A stretch of DNA of 64,000 nucleotides from contig NC_047064.1 in NCBI RefSeq assembly GCF_902459465.1, positions 21,142,001-21,206,000 on the forward strand, given 5' to 3'. Shown here piece by piece: positions 1 through 12,357 of the stretch (position 1 is its first letter; the number at the start of each line of letters is the position of its first letter). The notes beneath the pieces are model-generated. The model worked only from the letters and a program-made list of their open reading frames with translations, searched no databases and was not told where the DNA came from. A program made the translations under genes and the position numbers. Origin of the DNA: Asterias rubens. Taxonomy: Eukaryota.

Positions 1-1916
1 CTGGGAATCTCTAATTCGACATTCTTTTTATTCATCCAAGTTTATTTGGGGTAAAAAAATCGGTCGAATGCCTAGAGAGTTGTCAAAGTTAACGGTTGGG
101 GAGAACTCATCTCCAACAAATAATTTGCAAAGTAACACTGCATGCCAGTATTCAAAAAATAAGTCAAAAATCACACGGACAGAAATGAACAAAATTCTTA
201 GACAAAAAAAGGAATATGATACCTGGTTAGGCCGCCGGCCGCAGTCGTCCACCTCTGTGTATAAAGAGGAGGCAAAGGTCACTGTTGTGCCGCTCGTGGG
301 GTGTACAATTTGTTGGCAGTGATTTTGGGGCTTTTGTAAACAAGTGTGTGGCTAGCTGTAAACAAGGGTTACTAACGCCTTATCAATATTATCATCATGT
401 ATACATAATATAAATACTTACAAGTCTAATGCCATCAATGATTAAAAAATTCGAAAATTATTACTTCCTAAAAAAGTAAAATGCATCCGGTCACAGACTG
501 AAACACCAAAGTCAGATTAACTGTCTTTTGTATGAAACACGATTTCACAGAGGGTGTGAAATTCTCAAATATTTTCGAAGATAAGAATTTGTTAGGAGTA
601 CTTGTCCTATCTTCCTCCATGATTTTACTCACCAATACTTTATCAAAAGTTGCAACCGTAATTATAGCCGATATGATCTATGAACGGATCACCGAACTAA
701 TTTTGTGCAAAACAAAATTTCGCAGGACGTGAGCTCCCGTTTGTATCTTGGAGGTAGAAACTCTATTTCTACCTCCGTTGGTGGTTGGAACATGGTTGGG
801 AACAAGAGGACGGTAAATTTTATTTCAAAACCTTCCTTGATTATTTGATTTTGAATGTAAAAATGCTATTACGCACCTGAGAAAAGTACATTAAAACAGA
901 TTATTCTCTTTAAAATAACAATGTCGTCGTTTGAAGGAATTTATTTTCAACAACAATTTTGCAAACCTGTGTGCCGCCCCATACAACCCACCTTCTTCGT
1001 TCACAGTGACAGTTTCTACAATATGTCAGCAGGCAGACTGTGTTGGGGCTGGATCATGGAATTAAACTTAGTTGTAACATGGAGTAACGGTCCTTCCTCT
1101 AAATGTCTATTCAATCTATGCAACCTTAATTCCCCTAATTTGTTGCACCCAATAATGGATTCTTTTTCTTTATACATGTACCTTGTGGGCTGTTGTTTAC
1201 ATTCATGCATGTGGATCCTGCTTTGTGCGAAATAAAAGTCCTTTCTCTATGATACAAAGACAAGGATTTCCGTCCGTTAGTAAATTGGAGGGAAAGCCAG
1301 TTATATGCGGATAGTACTTCAAGGAAACCCCTTTGGGAAATACCACTTTTTGAAGGTTACACCTCAACATCATTGCATTGTTTTGAATTATTTTTCGTTA
1401 CAATTGTTACCAACAATACTAAGTAAGCTATAAACCAATATGCAAACAGTCAATTTATCCAACTTATGTGAATCAAATGTCAGTAAATTAATTTAACAAA
1501 ACTACGCCGCATTTGAATACCCCTACACTAAAATGGAATTGTCCCGCTTCCGTTAAAAATAGAACACGGCATCAGACATGTGGACGAAACCGATCGTGTG
1601 GTCGTGTGGCTGCATACAGATGCCTATCATGTGCCTCCCGTACCGTGTAGTTTAGCATTGGTGATCATGTGCCTCTCATGTGCCATTTTATGAATGAAAC
1701 GTGCAGCGCTAGCGTACTGCTGTCATCAAAAGAGTGACGTATAGGAAATGAGCCAATTTGATTGGTTCGTAGGGCGAACTCGCACGGAGATTTCAAGAAA
1801 TATACTACGCGCTTTTCAGAAAACCGGCATCTTGTTAATGGCTGACAGTCTGAAAGGATACTCCTTTTCTGTGTTCTCCAAAACTAAAACTTAAGATTAT
1901 TTTCCGTCTCTATTTA

Positions 1917-4900
1917 ATGGCGAATTTTAATTGCCCTGACGATGTGCATGTTATAATGCAACTGCCGACATCGGTGATAACCGGGCCGCCGCCCGTGTAT
2001 GCCCTGCAAGCTGGACCAAGGGAAGAAATCGTGTGGGTGTCTCACCAATCCGTTTTGGTAAGTAAAATTAATTTTGACACAATTTTTTGTTGGAAATTTT
2101 TGTTAAAAAATTGGTATTGAACTATGGAATCAGACAGTGTCTGATGGTGTCAAACTTTCACCCATCCTCCTACAATAGGTGACACCAATCTCTAGCCCAA
2201 TGTCCCCGACTCTGGTTGAGGCCAAGTTTATTTTCCCGGAGTCCGAGGGTGGTTCCGCGGTCGAAAACAAGACAACGGGAGCCGAGCATGATTTGGTCTT
2301 GAAGATGGACCGGGGAGTAGAGAAAATGGGCCGGCAGCAGGAAGAGGCAGTTGTTGAAAGAACTGATGATGTTTGGGCACCAACACACGTCCAACAATCG
2401 GGGGTGAAGTGGTCAGGTAAATTGATTGAGCCAAAATCTTATAAAATAATTTAATGTTTTTTTGCAGCTGCTCAACCTTTCGAATTACATACTTGGCAGT
2501 GGCTTGTCTTGTGAAGAAGCATAGAATTATATCCAATATCATTCAGTTTAAAAATAAACGGAAATTGAGAACGAAAGCCGGGTATGGGTAAGCGCCTTCA
2601 TCAAATTAATGTTACCATTTCACATGTTTCAACGATTGTTCAAACACGAATTTATGTGACTTCTACATAAATTTGCATAACATCAAATGATGATCAACTG
2701 TCAATGTCATTAATTTGTTTTAAAATATGCCATGGGACAATATTAATATGTGTCCATTAGTTTCTTTTCACCCTCTCGTCATGCTCGTTGCAAAAATAAA
2801 TAAAGTTCGGTTTTTAATTTAAAAAAAAAATTAAGTTCCCAACCAGGAAATACTGAAAGAGAAAGTAAATTAATTTATTTTAGTGATTTTATGGTACAGT
2901 TGACGCAAGCAAAACAGCAAGGGAAACTCTGATCAGACATTAAAAATAGAAAGTTATTGAATACCTACTTTGAAAACTTTAAATCAAAATGTCGTTTGTC
3001 CTGCTTTGTTACACTAGCTCCATTTGCACTTTCACCACAGCACAGCGCTGCTGTCTAGTGGTGGCAGATAACGTGCCATGTGCTTTTTGCCGTACGATCA
3101 TTGTTCACGTTTTTGCCTCATGGCATATCACACCACACACTAACCGCAATTTGACCTCGAAGTATATCCGGTGGTACCCTGACGTCGTAAAGCCGTTTGT
3201 CTGTATTCTCTGTCTGAATGAAATGTTTCTGACTAGTCATCATGCGTCACATACTACGTAGCTAGTTCGGCGAATCACTTAAGTTTTTATTTGTAGGCCA
3301 CTTCTATTTTGAGTGTTTATCTTCTGTTTTTTTCTTTGGTTGAAAGAAAAATCTTCCTTTAAGAAAAACAATATTTTGAACAGAGGAAATGGTGTAGAAT
3401 TGTTGTTTTGCAATTTGAGATAGATTATCTTTTACCTGCTTGTTGTTGAGAGTATCATTTAATAGAAAATTATATTATTTTTATAAATTAACTCATTTTG
3501 CTGCCAATTTTTATAGAGGCATTCTCATATCAGAATACATTTCATTGCTCAACCAATCTAATTCAAAAAGCAACTTGGGGAGGGGGGGGCGTGCAGTATT
3601 TGAATTTAGAAAGAAAAACAATAATAAGCAACTTAAAGAAGTATAAACAAATGTATGTGCCATGAACAGTATCTGCTGGTAGATCTCGATAACAAAAACA
3701 TTTTCTTAGTTTTGTTTTTTATTTTTAATTATGCGTTTTTATTTTATGAGGCCATTTACACTTACTTTAATAAAAAGCTTTTTTACTACTCTCTGTGTGA
3801 TGATTAAAATAGTAAATTGACAAATTACCAAAATCGTAAAATGTTTGGCTTCAGAACTCTGAATCTTATAAAAATATTCTGTTTTTCAATGATGATAAAC
3901 ACATGCCAAAGGGCAAACAAAAACAAGTTTGAAAGAACAGTTTCACAGATGTTTACAAAGAAATTGGTCGTAAAGAATTACACAAAGAAACCTCAAATAG
4001 TTTACTTTACTTTTTTGTGTTTTTTATTTTGATGTGGTTCAATTGTCTAAATGGAAGGATGTGCCTAATAAATTTGTATTCTTTTTTTTATTTATCAATC
4101 AACAGAGTTGACGACAGGTGAAAAGGTGCACCGCATCATCGTTGATTGGAGCATCAAACCCATCTCCATCATAGCTCTCCTCTATTTCTTCATCTGTTCC
4201 TTGGACCTGATGAGTTCTGCCTTCCGTCTCCTCGGTGGCAAAGAAGCGGGAGAGGTTCTTGGAGAGAGCGAGTTGTTGAACAACCCCATCTGTGGTCTGA
4301 TGATCGGCATCTTGGCTACCGTCTTGGTTCAGAGCTCAAGTACCTCTACATCCATCACTGTATCCATCGTTGCTGCTGGAAGTAAGTCGTACCTCTCTGT
4401 CCTTTTCTCTACAGGTTTTCCAGATATTCATGTAAATCTTCAAACCTGATACTTCAACGAGGTAGTTGCCTCTCGTCATTGCCTAGGTGCCCCTTGAAAT
4501 GTTCCAACTGATTTTATGATTTCCTTATAGAAATGCCCTTTACCAAGGAGGAAACGCCTTTGTGCCCTGTGAAAAGTCCCACTGGAGATGTCCATCACCA
4601 AAAAAAAAAACACCTTGTTGCCCCTTGCCCCTTTCAAAAACAGCATCAGGCCTACATCTTGATTCAAGAATGCACGTGTCCCAGAAAAATATTTACTGGC
4701 GATTCTATGTAGAAATTTTCCAATGTCCGTTGATCAGAAGTTTCTTGATTGGGAAGGGTCCAGGCAAAGTCAAACTTTGAATTGAAATAAATATTTTAGT
4801 TTTTCCTGCTCCTTTCTTTAACAGTTTTGGAAGTTCAACCAGCAATCTTCATCATCATGGGCGCCAACATCGGAACCTCTGTAACCAACACCATCGTCTC

Positions 4901-7066
4901 TCTGACTCAATCTGGCGACCGGGACGAGTTCCGACGTGCCTTCGCTGGGGCCACCATCCACGACATGTTCAACTGGCTGTCCGTGATTGTCCTACTACCT
5001 CTAGAAGTCTCAACAAGATACCTGTATCATCTGACCAGTGCCATCGTTAATGGGTTCAATATCAAGGGCACTGGTGGCGCCAAAGTAGAACTGCTGAAGG
5101 TGTTGACTAAGCCCTTCTCAAAGCTGTTCATTAATGTAAGTATACTCTGTCAGAGTTCGAAATTAGCGGCGGGCGATTCAAATCCCTTCTTTACAAGTCC
5201 CCCGGGCGAGTCAACAAGTTGTTCCAAGACACAGTGTGGTAACATTCCAATAAGATATTGTTTTTAAGTTCTTAAACTTAAGTGGTTTGACCAGTTTTGG
5301 TATTAGCTAGATTTAGTGTGGCCGTGATCGTTCCTTTCAGCATGAACATAACATGACAGTTGCTTCATCCGGGCCCAATTAAGCAGAAAATACTGCTCGG
5401 CCAAGAGAATTGTTGTTTAGCAGGAACATGTTACTAGCCAAAATACCTTGCAAAGTATTGTCTGGTACAAGTGCTATGCCAATTTTTGCTTAGCAGAAAA
5501 AAAATTTGCTAAGCACTATGTCATGCTCTGGCACTTCCAATAGCAAATGTGTCTCTCATGAAAAGAAAATCTCAAAGTGAACTCTCTTTTGTAATAATTT
5601 TCTCAAGTTGAAAGTTCATGTTAGTTATTGTTTTTTCATGCATTTTCTCTCAACAGATTGACAGCAAGGTTGTGAGCAAAATAGCGACTGGGGAGCTGAA
5701 CGCTACCGATGCCAAGTTACTCAAAAAAGGTAATGCTTCATAATTTGTTTAGCTCAATGAAAATTTGTAAGGAAAACAGGAATTTATTTTGAATGTGTGT
5801 TCTTATAACTTGTTTTCAATTCAGAAATTCGACCTGAAATTTAAACGAATTGGACATAATTTAAGATACTTGGTTAACTGTAAAACCAGAAAATTCTAGA
5901 ACTGATTGATTTTGTTCTACTTCAGAATAATGTAAATTCTCTTTAAATTGTATGAAACTAACCGATGAAGTTTTTTTTATATAATAATTAGACTTTTAAT
6001 GAGTTTAACAACAAACATTTTTCTTTTTGAACAAACTTGCAGGTCAATCTTTTACCACGACTCACTCTCTTAATTTGATTATTTTTCAATTTGCCTTGCA
6101 GGTGAGTACTTGTTCAGATATATCGCAGACGCTGGTTTGTCCGAGAGAGCCGTTGGGGGTCTTTTACTTCTCCTGTCCCTCATCATGCTATGTACTTGCC
6201 TCGTCTTGATGGTCAAACTTCTCCACTCCTGTCTCAAAGGACGAATTGCCGGAATCATCCAGAACACCATAAACTCAGATCTCCCTGGTCCCTTCAAGCA
6301 ATTTACTGGTATCTTGGCCATCATCGTTGGTGCTGGCATCACCTTCATCGTGCAGAGTAGTTCCGTCTTCACATCGGCCATGACGCCTCTCGTTGGTCTC
6401 GGAGTGATCAAACTAGAGAGGATGTTCCCACTTACACTTGGCTCAAACATTGGGACGACCGCCACTGGTCTCCTTGCTGCCCTAGCTAGCTCTGGAGATA
6501 AGCTTGATAACAGCCTTCAGATCGCATTGTGTCACCTGTTCTTCAATATAAGTGGTATCCTTGTCTGGTACCCCGTCCCCTTCATGCGTAAAGTTCCAAT
6601 CCATCTCGCCAAGATGCTCGGCAACACAACGGCCAAGTATCGATGGTTCGCCATCTTCTACCTCGTGGTTATGTTCTTCCTTGTACCCCTTCTTGTCTTT
6701 GGGATGTCACTCATCAGCATCTGGCTTCTCATGGGTGTGGGCGTGCCCTTCGTCCTCATCATGACCTTTGTCGCCGTTGTTAACATCCTCCAAGCTAAGA
6801 AGAAGACGCTCCTCCCGAAGACGCTACAGAGCTGGGAGTTCCTGCCTCTTTGGATGCACTCCTTATCGCCCATTGATAAAATTATTACTAAACTCATGGA
6901 AGTTGGTGGCAGTTGCTGCACTTGTAAGAAAGATGGAAATGCATCCCTAAACTCTAGCTCAAGTAGCACCGGACCCTTGATGGTACGCTTTGACCAGCAG
7001 TCAAACAACAGTACAAGAAATCAAAGTCACAACCAACAGTGCTTCGGCAAAATCACAACTGTATGA
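1917..7066 (+). CDS. SLC34A2: SLC34 / NaPi-II sodium-dependent phosphate cotransporter (SLC34A2-like), 6 coding exons, ~667 aa
   Basis: Exons joined by eye with GT-AG ends and matching phases: 1917-2057, 2179-2416, 4106-4381, 4825-5135, 5657-5729, 6102-7066 (2004 nt). Family motifs: [28 protein letters not shown], two QSSS repeats ([22 protein letters not shown]), [49 protein letters not shown]-terminal Cys cluster and PDZ-type end (-TTV). Exon 1 (1917-2057) is the least certain. Confidence 0.93.
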
Positions 7067-7080
7067 TAAAAGATGCCAAT

Positions 7081-7222
7081 TGGAGACTTTCTGGGACGAT
7101 AGAGGGCAGCAGACTTACCGGGTAAATCCATTGTTCTCAGAATTATGCGCATGTTCAGAACTACGTAAACAATGGAAATTTACCCGGTATGTCTGCTGCC
7201 ACCTAGCGTTGGAAAGTCTCCT
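7081..7222. mobile_element. Short MITE (GAGACTTT...AAAGTCTC ends) in the SLC34 3' UTR; related copies at ~25330-25430, ~32405-32510, ~32590-32715
   Basis: Inverted arms gagactttc..gcagcagacttaccgggtaaa / tttacccggtatgtctgctgccacctagcg..gaaagtctc; the same core recurs elsewhere in the window. Confidence 0.7.
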
Positions 7223-8308
7223 ATTATATTTATCCTATCAAATTATTTAAATTATTATACATGGACAATCCTGGACAAAATGTCTCACAAATCAATATTG
7301 CCATTACAACAGATATTTTCACTTTATGCGAAGATGGTCAAAAAGATTGCACAGATGTACTTGTCTTCCCAATAGGAGGTGATGTTTTGTCGAGGATTGT
7401 AATAATTGTTCAATGATATGAAAAAATCCCTTTGCCGTTTTGTATTTATTTATGGGTTTTCGGTAAATCTTCTCAGCAGGAGAAGTAAATTTTATCAATT
7501 TCTATCTTGCAGGAAGATTTTCTATTTATTAAATGTTGGTTTTGTTATCACAGTGGAGTCTTTGTTTCTGAACAATACATTTGTTAATAAACCTTGGTTT
7601 TTCAAAGTTGGAATTTATTTATTCAGTAAAAGTTAATTATCACTACCTCAGCTCTGTGGTGGTTATTGATAAATTAAACAAACTTTGAAGATAACATTCT
7701 TTTTTAATTCTTGAGTTTCATAAACAAAATTCATAATTTTTGTGCTCATGTTTCTAAAAGAGAATTAAAACCTTCATGGAGAAATATTTTAAGAATTATA
7801 TTTATAGTTTTGCAAGTTAAACTGTTGGACCAAAATGCACAACACAGTATTGTACGAGTGGCATTAACCTTTTGAAAACTGGCAAAACATTCCCCTTTTT
7901 CGGTTCAAGTCCTTCACACACCAGGAGAAAACATTTCTGTTTGACTTTTTGTTTAAACTTAAAAACTGCATGTCATTGTTGATCAAGCCCCTCCCACTTT
8001 ATACATTGGCCAATCACAGTCGTGGGTACGTCACCAAGGGCGTTATTATTGGTACCAGGAATTTTATGAAATACAGTAAACCTGTAAACTATCAATGCAA
8101 TTACGTGAAATGAAAGGTTGTTATACATTGTACATTGTAAGAAAGTGTTATTTATTAAATACAATTTGAAATGAAATCAATGTCTTTCTTCTTTTCTTTG
8201 TTAAATTCATACAATCTGGTAGACTAAAGGTGTTGATCAACGAACTACAATGTATCTTGAAACTTAGCTCTGTTACAATGTCTCACCATCATCCCGATTT
8301 TACAAACT

Positions 8309-8668
8309 TTAAAGGCAGTGGACACTATTGGTAATTACTCAAAATAATTATTAGCATAAAGCCTTTCATGGTGACGAGTAATGGGTAGAGGTTGATGGTA
8401 TAAAACATTGTGAGAAACGGCTCCCTCTAAAGTGCCATAGTTTTCGAGAAAGAAGTAATTTTCCACAAATTTGACTTCCAGATTTAGAACTTGAGGTCTC
8501 GAAATCAACCATCTAAACGCACACAACTTCGTGTGACAAGGGTGTTTTTTCTTTCCTCGCAAGTTCGATGACCGATTGAGCTCAAATTTCCACATGTTTG
8601 TTAATTTATGCATATGTTGAGATACACCAACTGTGAAGGCAATTACCAATAGTGTCCACTGCCTTTAA
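8309..8668 (+). mobile_element. T2/Kolobok-type MITE, dominant family (~360-390 bp), full copy
   Basis: TTAA at both ends; TIR AGGCAGTGGACACTATTGGTAATT; near-identical to copies at 28012-28403 and 63511-63896. TTAA TSD with purine-purine termini is typical of Kolobok/T2 elements. Confidence 0.85.
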
Positions 8669-11600
8669 CATTTCATACCTAAATGTACTAAATCAACTGA
8701 ACTTCAAAGCGCTAGCTAAACGGAACTAATGATTATTGCGTTTCCTTTACCATGCAAGGACATTATGCAGCAAAGCCCTACAAAAGTGAAGAATGTTTTC
8801 TGTTCATTATTATTTTCTCTTTGTCAGGGTGGGGTCTTTTTCCCAGCGGGGGCAGGAGTATTAAATCGGTATTTTAGTTATACAGGTTGTTGGGTTAACA
8901 CAGCTATCTATTTACTTTTTGTCTAACGGGGGGTAGGTAAATCTGCAGGTGTACCCTCTTTACGTGCTAGAGCTCGCAAGGATTCGAGCATAAACGTTTG
9001 TGCCCAAAGAAGTGAACACCGCCCTCTGTTGACAAGAACGTGTCTGGGCGGTATTTAGACTGGGACGTCAGATATTCAGGCTTGGCGGTATTGAGCGATT
9101 TAATTATATGTCAACAACACAATGCTAAAAATTTACTCCCTAAAAGACGTGGTAAACATATGTATGAAGGCAAGACCATCGTCATCCATCAGCTATGCAT
9201 TTTCTTCTTAAGTGAAATACTTTTTTAACAAACACTTCAGTATTAACGATGTCGTATTAATTATTATACAGTCGATTTGTTTATTGTTTTTCAATTCATT
9301 TGACACTTTAAAGCACACTTTTAATTATTCATAACTAATAACAACTAAACAAAAATATACTATACTCTGTCTAACCTCAACCATAACTCTAACTTTAAAC
9401 ACCTTTTTTACATTTTTTGTTTTACAATAAGTTCTCACCAAAACAGAGGTATATAGGGGGCATTAATTAGTAACTACTAAGAAAATCAATGACTAGCATA
9501 AAACATGCCTTGGTAAGAAGCGCTACACGGTTGATATAAAAAAAAAAATTTTGAGGAAGAATTCCCTTTCTAAGGTGGTGTAAATATTTTTCCGCCCAAA
9601 AACACATCTGATAAACGATTCGTATGATTCGTATGAAAATGAGAAGTAGATGGAGGGATGACATAAGATCTTATGAAGTAACAGTATGAAGAAGAAACGC
9701 AAGGAATAGAAATGAATGGGATGGCAACCAAGGACAGGGAAAAGGAGAAGAGGCAGACAAAGAAGAAGATGGAGGGATGACATAAGATCTTATGAAGGAA
9801 CAGTATGAAGAAGAAACACAAGGAATAGAGATGAATAGAAAGGCAACCAAGGACATGGGAAAAGGAGAAGAGGTAGACATGAATGGCATTTTTGATGAGA
9901 AGGTTTACATCCTCTGGATAACCAAAAAACTAATGATGGTGGTAATGACCTCTCTTACGAATGAAACCTCACATATCTCAAAGCAACGACACCTTATGAC
10001 CCCTCAGGAGGAGGTCTCTCTACAATATTATACGTAAAGCAAAGACGCAAAACCTCCAACAAGACGCAATAAGCCTTTTTGAGATATGGCGGATACAATG
10101 CTATAACACTATGGTTTGGGTAAATTTGTCTGTAGACACCCAAACCAAACAGTACACTCCTATCACGTCCGCCATACCTCATGGCGGACACAATGCTATA
10201 ACACTATAAGGTTTGGGTAAATTTGTGGATATACACCCAAACCAAACAGTACACTCCAATCACGTCCGCCAAACCTCAAAGAGGCTTATGGCATTAGCCT
10301 TTTGATACTCAATGTGAATGGCAACTATGTAAACCTCCTATAGGATACGCTTTATGTGAGACGATAATAGTTCGATGACCGATTGAGCTCAAATTTCCAC
10401 ATGTTTGTTAATTTATGCATATGTTGAGATACACCAACTGTGAAGGCTAGTCTTTGACAATTACCAATAGTGTCCACTGCCTTTAACATTTCATACCTAA
10501 ATGTACTAAATCAACTGAACTTCAAAGCGCTAGCTAAACGGAACTAATGATTATTGCGTTTCCTTTACCATGCAAGGACATTATGCAGCAAAGCCCTACA
10601 AAACTGAAGAATGTTTTCTGTTCATTATTATTTTCTCTTTGTCAGGGTGGGGTCTTTTTCCCAGCGGGGGCAGGAGTATTAAATCGGTATTTTAGTTATA
10701 CAGGTTGTTGGGTTAACACAGCTATCTATTTACTTTTTGCCTAACGGGGGGGGGGGGGGTAGGTAAATCTGCAGGTGTACCCTCTTTACGTGCTAGAGCT
10801 CGCAAGGATTCGAGCATAAACGTTTGTGCCCAAAGAAGTGAACACCGCCCTCTGTTGACAAGAACGTGTCTGGGCGGTATTTAGACAGGGACGTCAGATA
10901 TTCAGGCTTGGCGGTATTGAGCGATTTAATTATATGTCAACAACACAATGCTAAAAATTTACTCCCTAAAAGACGTGGATAAACATGTGATGCTTGATAC
11001 TTATGTATGAAGGCAAGACCATCGTCATCCATCAGCTATGCATTTTCTTCTTAAGTGAAATACTTTTTTAACAAACACTTCAGTATTAACGATGTCGTAT
11101 TTACATACAATCGATTTGTTTATTGTTTTTCAATTCATTTGACACTTTAAAGCACACTTTTAATTATTCATAACTAATAACAACTAAACAAAAGTATACG
11201 ATACTCTGTCTAACCTCAACCATAACTCTAACTTTAAACACCTTTCTTACATTTTTTGTTTTACAATAAGTTCTCACCAAAACAGAGGTATATAGGGGGC
11301 ATTAATTAGTAACTACTAAGAAAATCAATGACTAGCATAAAACATGCCTTGGTAAGAAGCGCTACACGGTTGATATAAAAAAAAAATTTTGAGGAAGAAT
11401 TCCCTTTCTAAGGTGGTGTAAATATTTTTCCGCCCAAAAACACATCTGATAAACGATTCGTATGATTCGTATGAAAATGAGAAGTAGATGGAGGGATGAC
11501 ATAAGATCTTATGAAGTAACAGTATGAAGAAGAAACGCAAGGAATAGAAATGAATGGAATGGCAACCAAGGACAGGGAAAAGGAGAAGAGGCAGACAAAG

Positions 11601-12205
11601 AAGAAGATGGAGGGATGACATAAGATCTTATGAAGGAACAGTATGAAGAAGAAACACAAGGAATAGAGATGAATAGAAAGGCAACCAAGGACATGGGAAA
11701 AGGAGAAGAGGTAGACATGAATGGCATTTTTGATGAGAAGGTTTACATCCTCTGGATAACCAAAAAACTAATGATGGTGGTAATGACCTCTCTTACGAAT
11801 GAAACCTCACATATCTCAAAGCAACGACACCTTATGACCCCTCAGGAGGAGGTCTCTCTACAATATTATACGTAAAGCAAAGACGCAAACCTCCAACAAG
11901 ACGCAATAAGCCTTTTTGAGATATGGCGGATACAATGCTATAACACTATGGTTTGGGTAAATTTGTCTGTAGACACCCAAACCAAACAGTACACTCCTAT
12001 CACGTCCGCCATACCTCATGGCGGACACAATGCTATAACACTATAAGGTTTGGGTAAATTTGTGGATATACACCCAAACCAAACAGTACACTCCAATCAC
12101 GTCCGCCAAACCTCAAAGAGGCTTATGGCATTAGCCTTTTGATACTCAATGTGAATGGCAACTATGTAAACCTCCTATAGGATACGCTTTATGTGAGACG
12201 ATAAT
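8562..12205. repeat. Recent ~1.8 kb direct tandem duplication (8562-10368 / 10369-12205)
   Basis: The two units align over their full length with only a few SNPs and indels; the ORF track shows identical peptides at 8729/10547, 9570/11408, 9792/11630. Confidence 0.92.
9645..9880. repeat. Purine-rich ~119-bp dimer (copied at ~11483-11718)
   Basis: agatggagggatgacataagatcttatgaag..aggagaagagg occurs twice in tandem in each 1.8-kb unit. Confidence 0.8.
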
Positions 12206-12357
12206 ATGTGAGGTTAGTACCCGTGAGGCAAATCAGGAAGTTCGCGTATACGAGGAGCAAAAACGGACACCTCCCAACAGCGCAATGCCATTTTTATACT
12301 CAATGTGAAAGGCAAAGTCAAAACCTGCTATACAAAGATCTCTGTGCTTCTGTGAGG

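Noticed and set aside
28-322. Overlapping 84-aa ORFs at the window start
   Set aside because: No recognisable domain or consistent exon structure.
8335-8649. Recurrent ORFs such as ENYFFLENYGTSEGAVSHNVLY (also 13181, 22338, 27786, 51830, 63360)
   Set aside because: These are translations of the non-coding T2-MITE, with no transposase motifs.
9467-10037. Charged or hydrophobic ORFs on both strands (repeated at 11325-11875)
   Set aside because: They arise from the purine-rich 119-bp repeat; there is no splice context or recognisable domain.
12214-12357. Stop-codon readthrough of paralog A into the in-frame decayed C-terminal copy
   Set aside because: An in-frame TAG occurs 10 codons after the stop.
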